A stretch of 32,000 nucleotides of DNA, taken from Acaryochloris marina S15 (GTDB taxonomy: Bacteria > Cyanobacteriota > Cyanobacteriia > Thermosynechococcales > Thermosynechococcaceae). The position numbers and the translations under genes were made by a program. The number at the start of each line of letters is the position of its first letter. The stretch's first letter is position 1. The notes beneath the pieces are model-generated. The model did no database searches, was not told the origin of the DNA, and saw nothing but the letters and a program-made list of their open reading frames with translations. Location of the stretch: the NCBI RefSeq assembly GCF_018336915.1, contig NZ_CP064925.1, positions 180,001-212,000 of the forward strand, read 5' to 3'. Shown in pieces: positions 25,246 to 32,000 of the stretch.

Positions 25246-25782
25246 TCAGATCTCAAAAGGCACTGGTATTGCTTCCCCAATCGGGGGTTGAGAAGTAGTT
25301 CTGAGCAAAGAAGTTCTATCTGGCGCAAAAAGTATGATTTGGAAGCCTGCTGGATTTTCGAAGCCATTAGTAGCGTGATACACAGAATTGCCTGAAGTTT
25401 GGTTACCATCCCAATTAAAAAACTCTTCACGTCCATCCCAAAGTGTAGGAGTTCTTGTATTAAACGTTCCACCGAAAAATGAATTTGTTGATTTTCCAAA
25501 CCCCAAGCTTGAGAAACTAAGCTGAATATCTAATTCATTACCAAAACCAGTCGAAGTGGAAGTAAAGGAGGTAAACTCACTACTAGTAATCAGGTTATCA
25601 GTCCCAGGATTCCCTTCAAACTCAACGGTCATTACCCCGTCTGGATATCCCTCAAAATCTGTAGCTGTGAATGATCCAAACCATAGAGTTGCAGCCAGGC
25701 TAAATGTTGAGTTTGATAATACCAAGATTGCAGCGAAAAAGGTCGTGGTAGCGATACTAAAGTTTATATGTCTGAAGTTCAT
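25246..25782 (-). CDS. Secreted hypothetical protein (178 aa), Ser/Thr/Gly/Phe-rich
   Basis: Signal peptide MNFRHINFSIATTTFFAAILVLSNSTFSLAA. It ends ...IPVPFEI at a TGA, and the frame stays open beyond it. Confidence 0.6.
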   Translation of the reverse strand: MNFRHINFSIATTTFFAAILVLSNSTFSLAATLWFGSFTATDFEGYPDGVMTVEFEGNPGTDNLITSSEFTSFTSTSTGFGNELDIQLSFSSLGFGKSTNSFFGGTFNTRTPTLWDGREEFFNWDGNQTSGNSVYHATNGFENPAGFQIILFAPDRTSLLRTTSQPPIGEAIPVPFEI

Positions 25783-25904
25783 AGATTTAATCCATTGTGA
25801 GAAAAATCTCTACTAAAAAATAAAAGGCAAGAGGTCTTTAGTAATAGAATCAAGTTTTTATTTAAACTTCTTTGCAAGTGTAACATTCCTAACTCAGCGC
25901 AAAG

Positions 25905-26340
25905 AGCATAGAAAAAGTGTGGTTTTGCGAAGGCAATATTGCCGATCTGGAGTGCGCTAAGATTTGCTCGTTTCGGGGGCAACTCTCACATTATTTCAGG
26001 CACATCTTTGATCCGGCACCAACCTCGGATCTGCTCAGCAGCAAGCGTCTTGTCTTCTAGCCTAGCTCCCAGTAAAATCTAGTAGAGCTAATCCTAGCAT
26101 TAGACCAAATCGGTCTTACCTGATCGGACTCTCGCAAATTTTCAAGCAAGCACTGGATCATTCCTGTGCCAATCCCCTGATTTCTCCAGCCTGGATCTGT
26201 CGCCATTGCTCTAAGTCGCCATGCGATTTCCCCGTGCCAGGTCGAGGATATTAGAGTGACGCAGCATATGACTTATTTATGGTGGTCAAGTGCCCCATAA
26301 TGCCGGGTTCCCTGGTCCTGGTCTTCTGCAAAGATGACTT
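25905..26340 (-). pseudogene. GNAT acetyltransferase remnant, copy 2 (internal deletion, in-frame TAA, frameshifts)
   Basis: KEVIFAEDQDQGTRHYGALDHHK*VICCVTLISSTWHGEIAWRLRAMATDPGWRNQGIGTGMIQ...IWSNARISSTRFY. The DNA aligns with 21680-22110 but lacks about 66 bp of it. Confidence 0.7.
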
Positions 26341-26534
26341 CTTTGATTTAGCGGTGTCATGCAGGTGCTAGCTGCGTTTATATCAACACGAGAAGCTCCC
26401 TTTATAGGTGGGGCAATCTCTTAATGATTTAGATTCTCTAGTAGAACTTTCTGATGAGCGATAATATAGCATTAATCATGTCACCATGTGAAAGACATTT
26501 ATATGAATCGCAATTGAAGTAGATAGAATAAAAA

Positions 26535-26558
26535 ACTCCTTGAGTTTATCAAGGAGTT
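26535..26558. terminator. Hairpin flanked by an A-tract and a T-tract; candidate bidirectional intrinsic terminator
   Basis: AAAAA ACTCCTTGA gtttat TCAAGGAGT TTATAAAA, with a 9-bp stem. Confidence 0.55.
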
Positions 26559-26828
26559 TATAAAACACAAAAGTAATGAGAACAAAAAGAGAAAATATAA
26601 GATACTAGCTCTCTTTAACTTAGGTTGCCCAATTAACTTATAAATCTATACCAAATCTTAGAAAAATTCTATATTAATCATTATGTTTCATAGCATTGAT
26701 GCAAATATTATATAAATTTATTTTACCTGTATCCGCAGATAAAGAAATGAACTATTTCACTCATTGCTTTAGGTACTTTCTATAAAAACTTAATCTATTA
26801 GCCATTATATAGATATAGGAGTAACAGA

Positions 26829-27365
26829 TTGAAAGAGGCTAGAAAAGCCAGAGTAATCATTTACTGTAGTGTAGTAATAACAGTATTAATGTGGGTATGG
26901 TATAAATCTATTCATCCTATTTCTCCTGAAAATTATAGTGCTATCTCAGGTATATTAGAGTCGAAAGAAGAAGTAATTATCAATAAATCAGTTAGATTAA
27001 GCTTCTATATAAAGAATAATCCAATTTCGTTTCAGATACCTGCTTACTTATATGAAAAATCAGTTAATCGTGAATTACTGTTTAAGACAGTTCATCAAGG
27101 TGATTTGATTTATTTTTTAGCAGATAAACATCAACTAAATAAATCTATTAATCGCTCTCCTGATTTAGTCAAGCCTATCACGGCATACAGCTTTAGATAT
27201 GAAGACACAATTTTTTTGACTCTTGAGGCACAAAATAAAATTATCAAAGATCAAAAAATCTCAATACTAATCTCAACCTGGATGATGACGATTTTCAGTG
27301 TTTTTCTTAGTGCCTTGTACTTCAAAGTCATTCCAAATGACTTATTTAAGGTTAATGAGGACTGA
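26829..27365 (+). CDS. Hypothetical membrane protein (N- and C-terminal TM helices), AT-rich
   Basis: TTG start. VIIYCSVVITVLMWVW and ILISTWMMTIFSVFLSALYF are hydrophobic helices. Confidence 0.45.
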   Translation: MKEARKARVIIYCSVVITVLMWVWYKSIHPISPENYSAISGILESKEEVIINKSVRLSFYIKNNPISFQIPAYLYEKSVNRELLFKTVHQGDLIYFLADKHQLNKSINRSPDLVKPITAYSFRYEDTIFLTLEAQNKIIKDQKISILISTWMMTIFSVFLSALYFKVIPNDLFKVNED

Positions 27366-27635
27366 TATCTATAAAATGCACTGATAGTTTCATAAGAGTG
27401 TTCTTGTTATCGACCATCTTTCAAAAATCATTCATTACTTACACTAGAACCAATTGGGATAATCGAATTGTGCCTATCGGTCACTAGTTCATGATGGTTA
27501 GTCTTTCAACTAGATCAGGTCTAAGCCTGTTAGGGATGAATTAAGTTCTATATTACTTCTGGGGTTGATAAACTCTAAGCCAACTCTAAAGCTATAGGCT
27601 GACTGGAACAACTTGGCTTTAGCATGCTCAGGTGC

Positions 27636-27817
27636 TGCCTGCTTTCGGTAATTCTCAGCCTTGATCTCAATAATAAGAACATGGTGAACTAGGCGATCTA
27701 CCACAGCCACTGTCATCATCGAGTCACTGAAAATGCTGTTCCATCGTGAGAAAGGATGATTGGCGGTAATCATTAATGAGTGCTGGGGTTGCAATCTCAA
27801 TTCGATCCCAAACTCTA
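27636..27817 (-). pseudogene. IstB (IS21 helper ATPase) C-terminal remnant
   Basis: RLEFGIELRLQPQHSLMITANHPFSRWNSIFSDSMMTVAVVDRLVHHVLIIEIKAENYRK matches the IstB C-terminus pattern (SliiTSN.pf.eW..vF.D..mt.A.lDRLvHH..i.ei.GeSYR). There is no N-terminal part and no istA. Confidence 0.75.
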
Positions 27818-27849
27818 ATCGTCATACCTAACAATGTGGAGCTAGAAAC

Positions 27850-28137
27850 TTAAGCCGCTAGATGCTCTTCAAAATCTGACACTTCAATGTTAGATAGGCT
27901 ATACAAAAACACACCATTGCCAACATTTACAGCTTGTCCAGATAGAATATCGACGCTTCCAGACAGAACATCAATAATACGTTGAGCTAAGGTAGGAGAC
28001 ACTTCAGACACATTTAGCATAATCAACTGACCAAGCTTCAGTTGTTCAATAATCTGTTGAACTTCTTCAAAAACTTTAGGTTTAACCAATCTAATCTTTT
28101 GCGTAGAAGAACCGAAGAGAGGAATAACGTTGCTCAT
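27850..28137 (-). CDS. sepF: SepF-like (DUF552) protein, 95 aa
   Basis: IRLVKPKVFEEVQQIIEQLKLGQLIMLNVSEVSPTLAQRIIDVLSGSVDILSGQAVNVGNGVFLYSLSNIEV aligns with the SepF C-terminal domain ([65 protein letters not shown]). Confidence 0.75.
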   Translation of the reverse strand: MSNVIPLFGSSTQKIRLVKPKVFEEVQQIIEQLKLGQLIMLNVSEVSPTLAQRIIDVLSGSVDILSGQAVNVGNGVFLYSLSNIEVSDFEEHLAA

Positions 28138-28249
28138 GATTAGAGTGCTGATGAAATAATATAAGCACTATTGTTCCCTTTCTGAGACTAACTAGCTTAT
28201 CAGTACTTCAAAAACTAGATTTCCTTAAGCATTAGAGAGGCTGGAATTC

Positions 28250-28364
28250 TTATACAGCGGATCGCAGGTTGGTAGGGGACATATTCAATCCTGGAGCATT
28301 TACTGATCAAGCTTTTTAAGAGTTGTGGCTGTCCCCCATCTATATGAAAACCGCTGTATTGAGA
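28250..28364. other. Nested long-range inverted repeats in the cyAbrB / sepF-like spacer; candidate structured leader or ncRNA
   Basis: ATACAGCGG (about 28252-28260) pairs with CCGCTGTAT (about 28352-28360). GGGGACA (about 28275-28281) pairs with TGTCCCC (about 28331-28337). Confidence 0.35.
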
Positions 28365-28547
28365 ATGAAGTAAAACTGATTTCAGAGTCTGTCAATCAAC
28401 CTTTCTATAAACTGGGTCTTGGCTGCTCCGACGACATTATGCTTTTCTTATCTGGATTCAAGAGTCGCTGTTCTGTAGCTTCGAGATCTTAAATACGAGA
28501 AATCAGTGCCCTAGTGATTATGAGTCACGGTTTTTGGCAAAATTGTT

Positions 28548-28928
28548 CTATTCATCTTCCGTCAATTGAGTTAAATGAATGTGCTTTCTGCCGACCTTGA
28601 TTTCAAACTCATCGCCAGTTTGTACACCCATCTTTTCGGTATAGGCAGACCCGATAACCATCTGCCCATTCTGATGAACTTTGATCCGATAGCTTGCTTC
28701 TCGACCCCTACTGTCGCTATTGGCATCACCATCAAGCGAAATGCCCTTGGCTTCCAAAATGGCATTCATAAAACCACTCAGGTTAACTTGCTTGCCGACT
28801 ACATAGCCACACTCTTTCGCTTTTTCCCGCTTTGACAAGTGAGATAAATCCTTGAGCTTACTGAGTAGTTCTTTACCAACCAAGGGTTGAATATCTTGTT
28901 TCTTTGCGGCTACTCTTTTTTTTGCCAT
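28548..28928 (-). CDS. Cyanobacterial AbrB-like (cyAbrB) transcriptional regulator with a C-terminal AbrB/SpoVT domain
   Basis: PLVGKELLSKLKDLSHLSKREKAKECGYV...GFMNAILEAKGISL...SYRIKVHQNGQMVIGSAYTEKMGVQTGDEFEIKVGRKHIHL matches the cyAbrB architecture and motifs, recalled from Sll0359/Sll0822-type proteins. Confidence 0.8.
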   Translation of the reverse strand: MAKKRVAAKKQDIQPLVGKELLSKLKDLSHLSKREKAKECGYVVGKQVNLSGFMNAILEAKGISLDGDANSDSRGREASYRIKVHQNGQMVIGSAYTEKMGVQTGDEFEIKVGRKHIHLTQLTEDE

Positions 28929-28987
28929 TAATGCTGTATGTCCTTGACTGAACTAAATTGCGAACGATTTAGCCTACTATAACTCTC

Positions 28988-29013
28988 AATAAGGCCAGAG
29001 GTCTGGCCTTATT
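28988..29013. terminator. Perfect 12-bp-stem hairpin between the small membrane-protein gene and the cyAbrB gene
   Basis: AATAAGGCCAGA gg TCTGGCCTTATT. Confidence 0.5.
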
Positions 29014-29145
29014 GACCTTGAACGTTCGTCCCATCTATTTGGCTTGAACAATAAACAAGAAATCCACTATTACTCAAGTGGGATATCTTCATTCAGGCAA
29101 TTAGATAGGGAACTTCTTTTCAGAAAATCAACAAAGAGCGGACGA

Positions 29146-29370
29146 TTAGCGCTTGATAATGTGAAGCAGCCAGAACAATCCGGGAAGCGCTATATAGGAG
29201 ATGATTGGTACGATAACCGCTACAGCAATGAGAGTGACGACGAGCCGATCAGAAGACACGTTTTGCGAAATCCATGGCGGCACATAGTAGACCAAAGGAA
29301 GTAGTGTAATAAAGGTGAAGAACGCCACCAAATGCCGGTTTGGCGGCGTCCGTTTTTGGTTGGAGTTCAT
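29146..29370 (-). CDS. Small two-TM membrane protein (74 aa)
   Basis: HLVAFFTFITLLPLVYYVPPW and LVVTLIAVAVIVPIISYIALPGLFWL. Preferred over the antisense track ORF 29044..29304. Confidence 0.5.
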   Translation of the reverse strand: MNSNQKRTPPNRHLVAFFTFITLLPLVYYVPPWISQNVSSDRLVVTLIAVAVIVPIISYIALPGLFWLLHIIKR

Positions 29371-29673
29371 CGTTACTGTTTGGAGAAGTAGCTATTTATA
29401 ACATAGCAGTATTTCGTCGTATAGCCTGCGAGCAACTGGCCCAAGCCACTTCGCTAATCATTCATGATTTCAATGGGTTTAGCTATCACGAAAACTGGCT
29501 TCACAATTTATCCATCAGCATGTCCATGAATGGGCGCAGAGAAGGTGATTGTTGAGAGACCCCAGAATCCGTTAGAACGAGATATGGCTGAGGTTTGTTT
29601 TCAGCACTTTTAGAATGTCTTCTCAAGTAGATCCCTGAAATCCATAAAGAGCGTCTATTAATTATCAATCTTA

Positions 29674-31761
29674 CTATTTCTGAATAGATTCTTCGAGATA
29701 TTTTAGATAATTATTTAATTGAGACTTAGTTTTGCAAAACTTAGGCTTTTCAGATATCCCTTTACAATCAAATCCATTTAATCGTTTATTAAATGGATTT
29801 GATGATGTTGATGAATCAAAATAATCTCTAGAATAATTTTTTTTATTCTTCAATGGTAATACTTGACTAATCCCTAAAGGTGTAGGAGTGACAAAAGAAT
29901 TTGTTAATAACAAGCTTTCGTGAGATACATTTTGGTTTCCCCTAGAAAAACTAAACAGGTTTCCTAGCACTGGTATTCCGCCGAATATAGCATGCCAAAC
30001 CTGGCCAATAATTGGAATGCGGAACCGACCTCCATCTAATGTGGCCTGGTTGGTGAATGTTGAGAGATCGAAAAAGTCTAATGCTTGAGTATAAACAGAT
30101 GTTTCTATAGTTTGACTACCTACTCGTGAAATCTGAGGATTGTTCTTAGCGTTATCTCCAGTACCTTTAAATTCAGGATCAGTAACTTCCAGCTTAATAT
30201 TAAGTTCAGCTGAAGTTGAATTACGTAATATGCCAGGTGTGATTGTTAAATTAGTTCCTGTCTCTACTTCAACTGGTTCAATTCTCTGTTGAGCTAAAGC
30301 AATTGCAAGACCAAGTAATTTAGTCGCAGGAACACCTGAGCTAGCGACTTCTGCAGGGGAAGAGCCTGCTGGCAAAAGAGTGTTGATAGAATTTTGCAGC
30401 GTTGATGCTTGTGAAAGTAACTGTTCAGCATCTTGAGACTTTGCAACTTCAAAAACACTTGTTGATGCTGACTGAATTACTGTTTTAACTCCACTTAGTG
30501 TCGATATAGTGGTTCTACCAACTTGCGCAAAAGTGACTTTCTTTTCTTTTCGAATTAATTCTTGAATCTTATTTAGTGTTGGTTGAGTAAAGAAATCTTC
30601 AATATCTTTCTGCAATGGATCATAAAAATCTTGCAAAGAAGTATTTAAAGAGTCTGCTGTTTGTTGGAGAGCTTCAAAGTCAGAGTCATTAGGATTGATA
30701 GAAAAATCAGCGTATTGAAATGCAAACTCTAGTATTTCTTTTTGTCTTCTAATAGCTATTCTTTTAACTTCTCCAGGTTTTCTTTCTTCCCAACCACACT
30801 TTCTATTTATTTTTGAGTTGTCTTTATTTGACTGCATATTATTGCAGTAAGAATTAGGTTTAAAACCTCTTGATCTAAAAAAACGTTCAAAAGGTTGTTT
30901 GCCGATTTTTCTTATAGAAGTAAAGTAATATTTATAACGATCATCATCTTCTTCTAAATCAGATAGAGATTGGTGTATTTCTAGGTAGAATTTTTTAGGA
31001 TCTTCGACAAAATTTCCTAAGATACCTACATCTAAAATAGATGGCTCATGAGATAAATCACTGATATGTTTATATCCTATATTGTTCAGTAATATTTTAA
31101 GATTATCAGGAATTGGAAACTCTTCCTTTTCCAAAATAATTTCAACAGATTTACTTTTCAGTAACTTAAATGTTCCTCTGACTAACTGCTGAGTAAGATC
31201 TATCTCTTGACGCACTTTAACCATTGCTTTTGCTAGCCTTTTTGGATCATTGCTTGATACTTGGATTCCCCATAGTTGCAACTTAATTCCAGGCAATGGA
31301 AGATCAATAGCAGTTATAAATCTTTGAGCACTCTTAATATAGTCTTTAGTTCCGACTAAAAATATAATATTGCCACCTCCTTGACCAACTCCTACTCCTG
31401 CTTCTAGATTATTTATTGGTAGGTCGGATGCACAGCCAGGATCTTCAAAAGGTAGTTTATTCAGTATCTCGGTAATATTTTTTGATTTTCTATAATAGAA
31501 TAATTCGACTCTTTGAATTTTTAGTTTATTCTCATCTATAATCTGAGTATTATCTTTATCTATAATCTGAATATTATCCTTGCTTTTCTTTTCAAGTTTG
31601 GTCTTGAGTTCACTAAAGCAGTCTGAATCCATTGACTTTGATACCATTTCAGTTCCTGTATCTTTAGATGTCATTTCTTCAGCAGCAAGGGATTGAACAC
31701 TTTTCCCCAAAGAAGAAGTAGCACTCCACATCAAAGTAATAATAAGTAACTTGTAATTCAT
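29674..31761 (-). CDS. Exported 695-aa protein with a secretin-like (GspD/PilQ/pIV-type) C-terminal region; AT-rich gene
   Basis: Signal peptide MNYKLLIITLMWSATSSLG. NIIFLVGTKDYIKSAQRFITAIDLPLPGIKLQLWGIQV resembles secretin N-domain units. TNLTITPGIL...SAELNIKLEV...GRFRIPIIGQVWHAIFGGIPVLGNLFSF...ESLLLTNSFVTP resembles the secretin core (itP.i...v.l.i...kvP.LgdiP.lG.LF....ellifitP). The similarity is divergent. Confidence 0.5.
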   Translation of the reverse strand: MNYKLLIITLMWSATSSLGKSVQSLAAEEMTSKDTGTEMVSKSMDSDCFSELKTKLEKKSKDNIQIIDKDNTQIIDENKLKIQRVELFYYRKSKNITEILNKLPFEDPGCASDLPINNLEAGVGVGQGGGNIIFLVGTKDYIKSAQRFITAIDLPLPGIKLQLWGIQVSSNDPKRLAKAMVKVRQEIDLTQQLVRGTFKLLKSKSVEIILEKEEFPIPDNLKILLNNIGYKHISDLSHEPSILDVGILGNFVEDPKKFYLEIHQSLSDLEEDDDRYKYYFTSIRKIGKQPFERFFRSRGFKPNSYCNNMQSNKDNSKINRKCGWEERKPGEVKRIAIRRQKEILEFAFQYADFSINPNDSDFEALQQTADSLNTSLQDFYDPLQKDIEDFFTQPTLNKIQELIRKEKKVTFAQVGRTTISTLSGVKTVIQSASTSVFEVAKSQDAEQLLSQASTLQNSINTLLPAGSSPAEVASSGVPATKLLGLAIALAQQRIEPVEVETGTNLTITPGILRNSTSAELNIKLEVTDPEFKGTGDNAKNNPQISRVGSQTIETSVYTQALDFFDLSTFTNQATLDGGRFRIPIIGQVWHAIFGGIPVLGNLFSFSRGNQNVSHESLLLTNSFVTPTPLGISQVLPLKNKKNYSRDYFDSSTSSNPFNKRLNGFDCKGISEKPKFCKTKSQLNNYLKYLEESIQK

Positions 31762-32000
31762 ATAGATATTTCCTTCTAAAATTTATCAATAGATTTACTT
31801 TTTTTTAGGGCTTGCTAAAAAATAAATTGAGCTGTTCCGAGGATCAAACCATACCAGAAATGAGAGTAGGTTGCTCCTTGCAAGGGTTGTTATAAAAGGA
31901 GATGGGTGCGGATCTTTTGAAGCGACAAGATTTATATTCCCTCAAAAAAGCCCATAAAGCAGATGGAGAATCTTTTGTAAGATGTTTAGTCAGCAGTTAA

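Noticed and set aside
8575-25248. TGA reassigned as a sense codon (Trp/Gly/Sec) on this element, suggested by several in-frame TGAs with open frames behind them
   Set aside because: Well-supported genes end at TGA in classical coupling contexts: ParM-like TGATG, the ATGA overlap at 21004, and the NB-ARC/TPR, ParR-like and 137-aa genes. The GNAT case is explained by CGA in the paralog. No SECIS-like context was recognised. Pseudogenisation is the simpler reading.
25246-25290. A PEP-CTERM sorting signal at the end of the 178-aa secreted protein (…IPVPFEI)
   Set aside because: The expected TM helix and Arg-rich tail are not present in any single frame after the motif. At best it is an eroded signal.
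29371-29673. A missing N-terminal (ABM-like) domain for the small two-TM protein, or + strand ORF 29340..29555
   Set aside because: All minus-strand frames upstream of 29370 contain stops and show no recognisable domain. The + strand ORF has no RBS and poor composition.
31762-32000. A small ORF (MGADLLKRQDLYSLKKAHKADGESFVRCLVSS) or a tRNA-like sequence at the right edge
   Set aside because: The AGGAG box abuts the ATG with no spacing. There is no tRNA cloverleaf or T-loop consensus. The region is more likely the promoter or leader of the secretin-like gene.

Overview
The window looks like a cyanobacterial plasmid or mobilisable-element segment. Supporting this, the HIP1 octamer GCGATCGC occurs 6 times (323, 11771, 13729, 14954, 21594, 23382), and the window carries a cyAbrB-type regulator, an ISY100-like IS and an NB-ARC/TPR protein. 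The segment is heavily eroded by insertion sequences and nonsense mutations.

Layout, left to right:
1. A more than 1280-codon minus-strand ORF absent from the ORF track because it has no stop inside the window. It is a TrwC-type relaxase fused to a RecD-like helicase and a DUF3854/TOPRIM-like domain. An IS630-family insertion splits it inside the catalytic tyrosine motif, and a second IS630 element lies just upstream.
2. An NB-ARC/TPR STAND NTPase, separated from a 141-aa helical plus Q/N-rich N-terminal module by a single in-frame TGA.
3. An iteron array, an actin-like (ParM-like) ATPase and a small acidic-tailed partner, forming a type II partition-like locus. Small membrane and orphan genes follow, separated by a structured dispersed repeat family.
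4. A 10-gene minus-strand operon (20165 to 14356) with an ArdC-like antirestriction protein, a sigma-70-family protein, a degenerate HAD phosphatase-like protein and orphans.
5. A divergent control region with a hairpin plus an R388-like nic motif (candidate oriT), palindromic operators and an RHH protein gene.
6. Two eroded GNAT copies bracketing an AT-rich iteron-like non-coding stretch, a higA antitoxin gene disrupted by an ISAzo13-family IS, and a secreted protein.
7. A visibly AT-rich island with an IstB remnant, a SepF-like gene, a cyAbrB gene and a 695-aa secretin-like exported protein.

No rRNA, tRNA or CRISPR array was seen.
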